64,000 nucleotides of DNA from an uncultured Alphaproteobacteria bacterium (GTDB lineage Bacteria > Pseudomonadota > Alphaproteobacteria > Rs-D84). The stretch lies in assembly GCA_934232895.1 (NCBI GenBank), contig CAKQGH010000004.1, positions 21,979-85,978 of the forward strand, in the 5' to 3' direction. Each line of letters begins with the position of its first letter. Within the stretch, counting starts at the first letter, position 1. Shown here piece by piece: positions 56,400-64,000 of this stretch. Made by a program: the position numbers and the translations under genes. The notes under the pieces are model-generated. The model did not search any database. It was not told where the DNA came from and worked only from the letters and a program-made list of their open reading frames with translations.

Positions 56400-57105
56400 T
56401 TTTTTTATTTGTCCCTGCGGGGCAATGGACCCCGACCTTCGTCGGGGTGACGACGATAAAATCATAAATCACCCGCCCCCGAACAATATTCGTAAAATTT
56501 GGCAATCAACCATAAAACTCTCGTCATACCGGCGTAGGCCGGTATCCATTGCCCCGCGGGGACATATTTACCACTACCGCGTATGCGGACACCCCTTCGC
56601 CAGCGAAGGGGAATTCACCCCGCGACAGAGATACAGAACACAGCATAAAAAGAATTGTCATTCCTGCGTAGGCAGGAATAGGGACTTGGAAATTACTCTC
56701 GCTTGGTGTTGTACAATATTTGGTAAAAAAGCGAATATCAATATTACCGCATTCCGCGATATTCTGTATTTGGCTCGTTGCCACTCGCACTGTATGGACC
56801 ATATTCCCGCCTGCGCGGGAATGACAATTGAGTGCTCGCGTTGCTCGCTGCATTTTTATGACCTGGATCCCGGGGGCAAGCCCCGGGATGACAAAGGCGG
56901 TATACTGATTTTTTTTATGAACGTAGTTTAGGTCTTGGTTGCGAACCTTTTCATAGGTGTCATCCCGGTGCTTGACACCGGGATCTAGGTATATAGTGTT
57001 GTCCGCCAACGGCGGACACATCCTTTGAACTCTGAACTCTGAACTTTTTAGCAGCGCGCCATTGGCGCGCTATCTATTCTCTATTATCTATTCTCTATGC
57101 TCTAA
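56400..57105. repeat. Repeat mosaic 5 (contains MITE copy 2 and an inverted copy of 46681-46866)
   Basis: Shares TTATTTGTCCCTGCGGGGCAATGGACCCCGACCTTCGTCGGGGTGAC, CACCCCTTCGCCAGCGAAGGGG and CTATCTATTCTCTATTATCTATTCTCTATGCTCT units with the other mosaics. Confidence 0.8.
56653..56830. mobile_element. MITE-like element, copy 2
   Basis: TIRs AATTGTCATTCCTGCGTAGGCAGGAATAGGG and ATATTCCCGCCTGCGCGGGAATGACAATTG. Interior is collinear with 9555-9729. Confidence 0.7.
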
Positions 57106-57133
57106 ATAAAACCGCCCCATGGGGCGGTTTTAT

Positions 57134-57340
57134 TTAGAATCCGAATACCATTCTTTGTTTGGACTGGCGTTTCTTTTCGTTACGCACGGCCTCTTCTTTC
57201 AAACGTTTGCGCTTGGTTGTTGGTTTTTCATAACGCTGACGTTCTTTCATTTCGCGGTACAGACCTTCTTTTTGCGATTTACGTTTTGCAACGCGCAGAG
57301 CCTGTTCGACATTGTTGTCGCGAACCAGAACTTTCACCAT
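57134..57340 (-). CDS. rpsU: 30S ribosomal protein S21
   Basis: [51 protein letters not shown]... Start at comp. 57338-57340 with an AAGGGGGTGA RBS. Confidence 0.9.
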   Translation of the reverse strand: MVKVLVRDNNVEQALRVAKRKSQKEGLYREMKERQRYEKPTTKRKRLKEEAVRNEKKRQSKQRMVFGF

Positions 57341-57455
57341 AATGCATTCACCCCCTTTCGGCGTTTTATCTTTCAAACTTGATGCCCGTCGGCATAAACG
57401 CCGCCGCGGCACTCAAATTTCCTAAATGTTTCGTTGCCGAAACACTAACTAAATT

Positions 57456-57531
57456 TGGTGGAGCCAATCAGACTCGAACTGACGACCCCCTGCTTGCAAA
57501 GCAGGTGCTCTACCAACTGAGCTATGACCCC
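57456..57531 (-). tRNA. tRNA-Ala (anticodon TGC)
   Basis: Reverse complement: GGGGTCATAGCTCAGTTGGTAGAGCACCTGCTTTGCAAGCAGGGGGTCGTCAGTTCGAGTCTGATTGGCTCCACCA. G3:U70 identity pair, anticodon loop TTTGCAA, encoded CCA. Confidence 0.93.
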
Positions 57532-57647
57532 AAAACTTTGCGCCTTCATATTCTGAAAGCCCACGCATTTTATACACTTTTGCGCGCGTTGTCAATGCAA
57601 ATCTTTCACTGGACAGAATTTATTCAGACATTTATAATGTATGCGCT

Positions 57648-59486
57648 ATGTCTATAAAAATATCTGAAAAAATCAAAAAGTTGGTCAAGGGCGACGCGTC
57701 CAATGGCCGCATTAAATGGTCTTTATATGCGCGCGTGTGGCGCGAAATCGGTGTTCCACAGTGGAAATGGTTGCTGGCGGGCGTATTGGCCACAATCGGC
57801 GCATCTGGGGCCGAGGCGTATACCATCACCCTGGTCCAGCGCATTGTCGATAACGCGTTTATTGAACGCAGTATGCAATCGATATACCTGTTCGGGCTGC
57901 AAATCATCGCCGCGTTTGGGTTCAAGGGCGCATTCACGTACGCCAAGGCGTTATTGATGGCCAAGGCCGGATTATTGGCCAGTGCAAACCTGCAACGCCA
58001 TATCTATGACCACATGGTGAAAATGAGCATTTCCAAATTCTATGGCGACGGAATTGGCAAAAATTTGAATTACTTTAATGTCCAGGCCAGCGCGGTTTTA
58101 ACCCTGGTGACCAGCACGATTGTCAGCACAATTCAACAAATTGCCACATTGGCAATGACACTGGGATTGATGGTGTACTATGCGCCACAAATGTGTGCCG
58201 TGTTGATATTCTTGGTGCCGGCGATTATGATTCCAATGGTGCTGATTATGCGGCGACGCCGTCGCCTGTCGCGCGAATCGTTTGGCATTGCAAACAATGT
58301 GGCACAACATTTGAACCAAACACTGCGCGGGATAAAGACCATCCAGGCATTCGCGACCGAGGATTCTGAATCTGAAAAATTCAAAAATGTTTTGGATTCG
58401 TCAATGTGCAATTCATATAAAACCACCCAGGCACATGCGTTGCAATCGCCACTGTTGGAATTGATGATTTCAATTGGGCTGTGTATGGCGCTGATTATCG
58501 GTGGCCACTTTATCGTGACGGGCGCGATTTCGACCGGTGATTTCACGGCGTTCTTGCTGGCGTTGACCGCGGCATATAAACCGGCCAAGGGCATTACCGG
58601 CACCGGAAACACAATCCAACACGGACTGTTAGCGGCCGAGGTTCTGTTTGATTTCCTGGACAGCAAACCCGAAATCCAAGATGCCCCAGATGCCCGCGAA
58701 TTAAAACCTGGCAAAATGTCGGTTGATTTCCGCCATGTGAATTTCGCCTACGACCCGGCCGAGCCCGTGTTGCACGACATAAACCTGCATGTGCCGGCGG
58801 GCCGCGTGTGCGCGTTGGTTGGGCCATCGGGTGGCGGCAAAACGACAATGTTCAATTTGCTGGAACGGTTTTACGAACCCCAATCGGGCAAGGTCGAAAT
58901 AAACCGCACCGACATCAAGAAATACACTTTGAAATCTTTGCGTAAAAACATTGCCGAGGTTTCCCAAGATGTGTTTATGTTCAATGGCACAATCGAGGAT
59001 AATATTCGATATGGTCACCCCGATGCCACCCTTGAACAGGTCCAGGCCGCGGCGCGTGCGGCAAACGCCCACGATTTCATTATGGGATTCCCGAAACAAT
59101 ATCAATCCCAGGTTGGCGAAGGCGGCGCATTGCTGTCGGGCGGCCAAAAACAGCGCATTGCCATTGCCCGTGCGATATTAAAAGACGCCCCAATCCTGTT
59201 ATTGGACGAGGCCACATCCGCACTGGACACACAAAGCGAGAAATTGATTCAGGCCGCATTGAAAGATTTGATGGTTGGTCGCACAACATTTGTGATTGCG
59301 CACCGCTTGTCAACCATATTGGATGCTGATATAATATGCGTGATAAAAGACGGTCATATTATTGAACAAGGAACCGACGCAGAACTGTGCGCGTTGGGTG
59401 GCGAGTATAAAAAGCTGCGCGACATTCAATTCAAGGCGGCGAAAAAAACAGCAACCGCGCGCCACACAAAAAGCAAGGGTAAATAA
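57648..59486 (+). CDS. ABC transporter permease/ATP-binding protein (MsbA-like lipid exporter family)
   Basis: Six-TM N-domain. GPSGGGKTT Walker A, LSGGQKQRIAIARA signature, LLLDEATSALD Walker B. Confidence 0.85.
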   Translation: MSIKISEKIKKLVKGDASNGRIKWSLYARVWREIGVPQWKWLLAGVLATIGASGAEAYTITLVQRIVDNAFIERSMQSIYLFGLQIIAAFGFKGAFTYAKALLMAKAGLLASANLQRHIYDHMVKMSISKFYGDGIGKNLNYFNVQASAVLTLVTSTIVSTIQQIATLAMTLGLMVYYAPQMCAVLIFLVPAIMIPMVLIMRRRRRLSRESFGIANNVAQHLNQTLRGIKTIQAFATEDSESEKFKNVLDSSMCNSYKTTQAHALQSPLLELMISIGLCMALIIGGHFIVTGAISTGDFTAFLLALTAAYKPAKGITGTGNTIQHGLLAAEVLFDFLDSKPEIQDAPDARELKPGKMSVDFRHVNFAYDPAEPVLHDINLHVPAGRVCALVGPSGGGKTTMFNLLERFYEPQSGKVEINRTDIKKYTLKSLRKNIAEVSQDVFMFNGTIEDNIRYGHPDATLEQVQAAARAANAHDFIMGFPKQYQSQVGEGGALLSGGQKQRIAIARAILKDAPILLLDEATSALDTQSEKLIQAALKDLMVGRTTFVIAHRLSTILDADIICVIKDGHIIEQGTDAELCALGGEYKKLRDIQFKAAKKTATARHTKSKGK

Positions 59487-59488
59487 AA

Positions 59489-60310
59489 TTGGAACCAAAT
59501 AAAGACATTTTGAAACGATTTACAAACACCACGGAAATGGGGCGTTTTTATCAATTGAGAATGCGTACACCCGACGGGCATATCGTTTCAATGCCAGAAC
59601 TGGGCGCATCGCACAAACCATTTCAATTGGTGGCGACATTCCCGGGGCAACCATTTGTCGCAATAAAGCGCACATTGAACACGCCACTGGGCGAAATGAA
59701 TGTGTTGTATTTGGTAAATACGAACACATGCACGGTTTCAGATAAAACGCCATTCGGCACAGATATGATTGTATATGACGCGTTGCGCGCCCAATTCTAT
59801 TGTTTTGATCGTGGGCAATATGATGCGGCAAAATTGGCACAAATTATGGCGGTGCACCAAAATACGGCGGTTGCGGCCACGGATTCTATGTTTGTATCGC
59901 CAATGTTTCAAAACATATATTCTGATGCGGTTGGCATTAACATTCCAATGGCGGACACGGAAAAAGTGGTATATAAATTGCAAATGCCATACACATTAAA
60001 TGCAACCAATTCGCCCCGCCCCGCCGCACCCGCACCACGCAAGCGCAAAAAATCCAAAATCGCGCGTCGCCGCAAACACCGTTTAACGACAAAAATGCGA
60101 CCGGCACCGCGCCGCTCGAAAAAATTGCACTATCAAATTAAAATGCCGTATGCATTGCGCCAAAAACAACAAATAAAATATGCGGCGCCGAAACTGCGCA
60201 CATTGCATCACCCAAATATTCGCGGAAAATTGCGTCCCCAGCATTTAATGACGCCCCAGCAAATATTGATGCGCAATCTGTATGCATTGCGGCACCAGCA
60301 GACAATCTAA
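59489..60310 (+). CDS. Hypothetical protein with a strongly basic C-terminal region
   Basis: TTG start 3 nt after the msbA-like stop (alternative ATG at 59537). C-terminus PRKRKKSKIARRRKHRLTTKMRPAPRRSKK with repeated (K/Q)MPY(T/A)L motif. No domain recognised. Confidence 0.45.
   Translation: MEPNKDILKRFTNTTEMGRFYQLRMRTPDGHIVSMPELGASHKPFQLVATFPGQPFVAIKRTLNTPLGEMNVLYLVNTNTCTVSDKTPFGTDMIVYDALRAQFYCFDRGQYDAAKLAQIMAVHQNTAVAATDSMFVSPMFQNIYSDAVGINIPMADTEKVVYKLQMPYTLNATNSPRPAAPAPRKRKKSKIARRRKHRLTTKMRPAPRRSKKLHYQIKMPYALRQKQQIKYAAPKLRTLHHPNIRGKLRPQHLMTPQQILMRNLYALRHQQTI
60282..60306 (+). repeat. 25-bp direct repeat, copy A (inside the 3' end of 59489..60310)
   Basis: ATGCATTGCGGCACCAGCAGACAAT is identical to 60941-60965. 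Both copies are followed by N-TAAAA. Confidence 0.85.
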
Positions 60311-60649
60311 AAACTAACAGAACGAATCCACGCATTTTTTACGACGCGTCAGAAATGTTAGTTGTTCTTCGGTGTTTTTGCTGTATACTATGAATTGAAT
60401 CCAATGGGAATTGGGTTTGGGGCTGTCGTAAGCTTCTACTATAGCCGGTACAAAATGTGTTCCACAGTTCATACAACGGTGTTGCGCGTTTGTATCGTTA
60501 AATCCCCCGACTGTATTGGTCGGGGAGCTGTTGGTTATATAACAGGACTTGTCCAAAGACCAACAGAATCAACGCTATAGTGATTTACGAACTCCCCGAC
60601 CGTCAATTTCTGTTGACGGTTTTTACCTTTTATAAAATGGGGAACAAAG

Positions 60650-60940
60650 ATGAAAAACTATTATCTTGTAATGGCGTTGTGTGCATTGACAGCGTGCAGC
60701 CAAAATTTAGATGTTTTGTATTCAAGCACACCTTTGGGGTGTGAGTACTCTGAGCGGTTTCAGACGCGCCGATTTCTGCCCGATTGGTTCGGCATTCGCG
60801 ACAACGACTTACGTGTTGTATACGAGGGTGTAAAGCGCGAAACAATTATCAACAGTGAATTAAAGAAAGGTATGCACAAAACCCCATATGGTGTTGCACC
60901 GGTAGTTGTACAAAAATTCGAAGAAACCGCAACCAAGTAA
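60650..60940 (+). CDS. Small lipoprotein of unknown function (inside the DR-flanked insert)
   Basis: MKNYYLVMALCALTAC|SQN is a signal peptide plus lipobox. GGGGAACAAAG RBS region. The stop abuts DR copy B. Confidence 0.55.
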   Translation: MKNYYLVMALCALTACSQNLDVLYSSTPLGCEYSERFQTRRFLPDWFGIRDNDLRVVYEGVKRETIINSELKKGMHKTPYGVAPVVVQKFEETATK

Positions 60941-60965
60941 ATGCATTGCGGCACCAGCAGACAAT
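60941..60965 (+). repeat. 25-bp direct repeat, copy B (followed by a terminator hairpin at 60968-60995)
   Basis: ATGCATTGCGGCACCAGCAGACAAT, then AAAACCCGCCCCATTTGGGGCGGTTTTT. Confidence 0.85.
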
Positions 60966-60993
60966 GTAAAACCCGCCCCATTTGGGGCGGTTT

Positions 60994-62076
60994 TTAATTA
61001 AACAATGTGGCATTCTGGGTCCCCAGAACATTGCCCAACGATGATGAAAAATCGGTACTGTTTGATGTGTTAAATATTTCTGTCGCATCACGACCGCGCA
61101 AATTTGACATTGATGAAAAATCTATTTTATCAATCACGCCGGACATACCACTCAGATCCAATTTGGAAAAGTCTAATTTATCAACATTGGTCATACCGTT
61201 TGATTTAAGCCCCTTTTTCAATTTATCTATGACAGATTTATTTGCACGGGAAACCGACCGTTGGTTCTTGTTTTCCTTTATCATTTCACCCAATTTTCCA
61301 TTGATAACGGTATTGCCAATCGCGCCACCAACCGCGCCCACACCGGTCAACACACCGCCCGCCGTCACACGATTTTTCGACGCCTTTTTGTCTGCATCTA
61401 TGCGGGCCTGGTCGGTTTCGCTGTTTTGCATTTTGGCGCGGTATAAACTGGCATACGCACCATCCGTTGTACCGACACCCGCATTATCATACAGCCCGGT
61501 ATTTGCCACATCTGTAATTTCTTGGCTTTCAATTCCCGCGGGCATTTCCAGCGCCACCTTGCGTTCACGCAAATCCGATGCCAGCGCAAAATATTCACTG
61601 CGCAACGCCATCAAATTTTCGTCGTTTCCACCCGGCAATTCTATTTCAGTCTGGCCCGCGGGCACATTTTTACTATCGCCGTATGTGCATCGCATTGTCG
61701 CAATATATGCCGTCATATCCGTATCGGCGGCGGCATCCGCATTTTGTTCCGCCAAACCGCGCGCCAATTCCATGCCGCCTATGCCCGTTGCCGCCATGGT
61801 CAACCCACCCAGCACCTTGTTCGCCGTTGATTGCTCGCGCGCCTTGGCCTCTTGATATGCTTGTTTTAATTCCTCTAACCTGGAATTCAGATACAACGAA
61901 TTTGCCTGTTGGTACATATCCATATATTTGCTGGTTATATCTGGTTGTGTTTCATCCGGGTGCATATTATTGACAATTTCATACAATACCAAGTATTCAG
62001 AGTTTTCCGCAGCAAACGAACCACATGGAAAAAACATCACAATCAAACTTAAAAGAAACATACAACCTTTTATCAT
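60994..62076 (-). CDS. Secreted protein of unknown function (360 aa)
   Basis: Signal peptide MIKGCMFLLSLIVMFFPCGSFA. Gly-rich central segment (AGGVLTGVGAVGGAIG). ATGA overlap with the upstream gene. Confidence 0.6.
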   Translation of the reverse strand: MIKGCMFLLSLIVMFFPCGSFAAENSEYLVLYEIVNNMHPDETQPDITSKYMDMYQQANSLYLNSRLEELKQAYQEAKAREQSTANKVLGGLTMAATGIGGMELARGLAEQNADAAADTDMTAYIATMRCTYGDSKNVPAGQTEIELPGGNDENLMALRSEYFALASDLRERKVALEMPAGIESQEITDVANTGLYDNAGVGTTDGAYASLYRAKMQNSETDQARIDADKKASKNRVTAGGVLTGVGAVGGAIGNTVINGKLGEMIKENKNQRSVSRANKSVIDKLKKGLKSNGMTNVDKLDFSKLDLSGMSGVIDKIDFSSMSNLRGRDATEIFNTSNSTDFSSSLGNVLGTQNATLFN

Positions 62077-62948
62077 TCTGACCGTCTTGTAATCCTATTA
62101 GTATAATTTTCCACGAAATTCAGCGATATGGATGGTGGAAACAAATTGGATTTATATGTTTCTGAATTAGTATCACACTTGATGAGAGTAGTAGTCCTAT
62201 TATTGATCCAACAATCTTTACACGTAATTTCACAATCTTTTTTCAACATATCTTTTGTCACATAATACCTAAATTTAGCGATTTTATCGTATTCCTGATC
62301 AATTGCAGTATAAGCCAACATATAGCTCTGATTTTCGTTCTGATCTTGTGGGCTTAATGAAAATTGATAAAACGAAGATCTGTTTTCTTCTGGCACATCT
62401 TTGGAAACGGTCAACGTTCTGTGTCCGACATTTTTATTTTCTGAATATTTGACTGAATACCTAATGTACCCGTCCGGCTCATAACACACCGTGTCTCCAA
62501 AAAGCGGCTCTTTATAACAATCTGTTAAATCCTTGGTTGATAATTCATACTGAAGTATCACAAGATTTTCGTTTTTTGAAGAATCTCTTTTTTCTATCTC
62601 TCTTCCAAGCCTTTGCGAATAAGCCTGTAAATCGTTCATATATTTTTGATAAAAATCTTCAAAGGTCTGTCGCGCCAACCAAGACTTATACTTCCCTGCC
62701 TTTACAATATCAGATGCATCTTTCAAGCTTTCTACCAACTCTGGATTCATTTGTTGCATATCTGATTCTAACTTTTCCAGATCCCGCTCTTTCCAATTAC
62801 TACCAATTACCAAGTATTCTGCATTGGTAACAGATTCATCCCTCTTTATACTGGATAAATTTGATTTCAAATATTCTTCATCAGATATCTGCGCAAATGC
62901 CAGCACAGGCATCAGGAAAAACAACAAACAAACCAACACTCTCTTCAT
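62073..62948 (-). CDS. Secreted protein of unknown function (291 aa), AT-rich gene
   Basis: Signal peptide MKRVLVCLLFFLMPVLAFA. Lys/Glu/Asn-rich. Cys cluster CEITCKDCW...C near the C-terminus. Confidence 0.6.
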   Translation of the reverse strand: MKRVLVCLLFFLMPVLAFAQISDEEYLKSNLSSIKRDESVTNAEYLVIGSNWKERDLEKLESDMQQMNPELVESLKDASDIVKAGKYKSWLARQTFEDFYQKYMNDLQAYSQRLGREIEKRDSSKNENLVILQYELSTKDLTDCYKEPLFGDTVCYEPDGYIRYSVKYSENKNVGHRTLTVSKDVPEENRSSFYQFSLSPQDQNENQSYMLAYTAIDQEYDKIAKFRYYVTKDMLKKDCEITCKDCWINNRTTTLIKCDTNSETYKSNLFPPSISLNFVENYTNRITRRSE

Positions 62949-63244
62949 ACGAAATATTGTTTCAAAAACGACCGTTTGTGTAATAACCAGTGGTCAGTAT
63001 TTTTGCAGCAACGGAAAAATGTCTGAAATCCGTTATAATCGAGACATTTTTTGTTGTAGAATAATATTGTTTGAATATCAAAAAACAGTTGATTTAAACG
63101 GTCATTTAAAATGACAGAAATTTTCAACCAGACAATTTACAGTCTGCCGTCAACGGATAAAAGTTTCTATTCCTGTTCACATAAATGGTCGTGCATATTA
63201 CGAAACGGTGTGTTATAATCAACAACGGAACAAAAGGAAAAAAT

Positions 63245-63607
63245 ATGAAAAAAATATCTGTATTGGTTATTGCCGGTGCGTTGACATCCCCAGCGCTTGC
63301 CGGGTTTATTGCTGATGCACCTGTTGCATCGTCCCAGAGTGCAGATGCGATTGTCACTGTGGCACAGGTTAAAAAAATGCGCGATGACGCACCGATCGTT
63401 ATCCAGGGCAATATTGTTCAACGCATGGGGGATGAAAAATATTTGTTCAGCGACGGAACAGATTCTGTGATTGTTGAAATTGATGACGACGATTGGGGCG
63501 GCATTGATGTCCGCAAAACAGACACCGTAAAATTATATGGAGAGGTTGATTCTGGCCTGTTCAAAACCGAAATTGATGTTGACCGAATAGAAAAAATTGA
63601 AAAATAA
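63245..63607 (+). CDS. YgiW/YdeI family (BOF) periplasmic OB-fold stress protein
   Basis: Signal peptide MKKISVLVIAGALTSPALA. VAQVKKMRDDAPIVIQGNIVQRMGDEKYLFSDGTDSVIVEIDDDDW...VKLYGEVD is the typical YgiW pattern. Extended -10 TGTTATAAT upstream. Terminator at 63608-63640. Confidence 0.8.
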   Translation: MKKISVLVIAGALTSPALAGFIADAPVASSQSADAIVTVAQVKKMRDDAPIVIQGNIVQRMGDEKYLFSDGTDSVIVEIDDDDWGGIDVRKTDTVKLYGEVDSGLFKTEIDVDRIEKIEK

Positions 63608-63777
63608 CCAACACCCATTTGGGTGTTTTTTTAATCTGGTGGCCCTGGTCGGATTGTAAATTCCCATCCAAAATCATACCAATCGCAAATGCTCTTGGTG
63701 ATTTTGGCGGCCCCCTTTCACCGTGCGACACATCCGCGTCGCTTGTTCCGAACCTACGGGGGAAAGTCAAATTGCGT

Positions 63778-64000
63778 TTATTTTGCGCGCGTAATATATT
63801 CAAAAATTTGTGAATAATCTGTGCGTTGTCGGCATCGCATAACCGGCACGGTCGCGCATTGTAAAAAATCGGCTATTTCGGCATTTATTTGGCGATTGAT
63901 TTTATCATATTCCATAATCTTGGCGGGTGTGATTTTACGATAGTGGTACGCCTGGACCGGCAAATCTGGGGATACATGTTTACCAATCAATTTTTTTGCG
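63778..64000 (-). CDS. Hypothetical protein, C-terminal part (gene start lies beyond the window end)
   Basis: The frame stays open to position 64000 upstream of the TTG used by the ORF track. ...LIGKHVSPDLPVQAYHYRKITPAKIMEYDKINRQINAEIADFLQ... No motif recognised. Confidence 0.35.
   Translation of the reverse strand, partial: AKKLIGKHVSPDLPVQAYHYRKITPAKIMEYDKINRQINAEIADFLQCATVPVMRCRQRTDYSQIFEYITRAK

Noticed and set aside
55201-56505. N-terminal extensions offered by the ORF track (this ORF to 56505; also 27172..28329, 10205..11710, 2991..4070, 28816..30201, 40798..42678)
   Set aside because: The extensions run through promoters, repeats or neighbouring genes and lack signal peptides. Internal ATGs with RBS give canonical N-termini (signal peptides, or the conserved first residues of Rho, Dus, DsbA and so on).
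60314-60556. 80-codon minus-strand ORF (TTG start) inside the DR-flanked insert
   Set aside because: No ATG/RBS at the proposed start. It reads through a strong hairpin (60505-60530). Only weak Cys motifs are present. It is kept as a remark in the insertion finding rather than called as a gene.

Overview
This is a 64-kb chromosomal segment of a diderm (Gram-negative) bacterium. Gene content and order look alphaproteobacterium-like and probably host-associated, but that is inference only because no database search was possible. I call about 57 protein genes and 4 tRNAs: Arg-TCT, Pro-TGG, Ala-TGC and a Leu whose anticodon reads AAG. The backbone is housekeeping: uvrA (truncated at the window edge and missing from the supplied ORF track), a dus-family tRNA-dihydrouridine synthase gene, ftsB, ssb, rho, eno, lptC-lptB, recO, prfA, hisS, tkt, rnhA, tyrS, tsf-rpsB, pth, polA, rpsU and an MsbA-like ABC exporter. 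Interleaved with it is a heavy load of secreted or outer-membrane proteins of unknown function. These include a 1684-aa autotransporter, an S8 protease, PEGA, DUF3078, OmpA and other beta-barrel proteins, CXXC-rich and Thr/Arg-rich secreted proteins, and a BspA-type LRR protein. Intergenic DNA carries five mosaics of nested palindromic repeat units plus a MITE-like element present twice. The top lead is a pair of paralogous ~110-bp switches at 30161-30276 and 56231-56341. Each is a sigma70-type promoter bracketed by 17-20-bp inverted repeats whose arms have hix/gix-like dyad symmetry around an asymmetric CGGTGG core. Each sits directly upstream of a surface-protein gene, and both share a near-identical outer flank. 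The promoter faces away from its gene in one copy and toward it in the other. A Hin/Gin-type serine recombinase (42643..43284) is encoded about 12-13 kb from each. Together these look like a multi-locus invertible-promoter phase-variation system. Other leads are listed here:
- a zeta-toxin-like cassette bracketed by duplicated terminator hairpins
- an orphan overlapped spanin-like gene pair
- a secreted-protein family with a conserved Cys motif
- tRNA-Pro 3'-end duplications that look like integration scars
- a 25-bp direct repeat flanking a ~635-bp insertion
- an AT-rich two-gene island
All product calls rest on motif recognition by eye.
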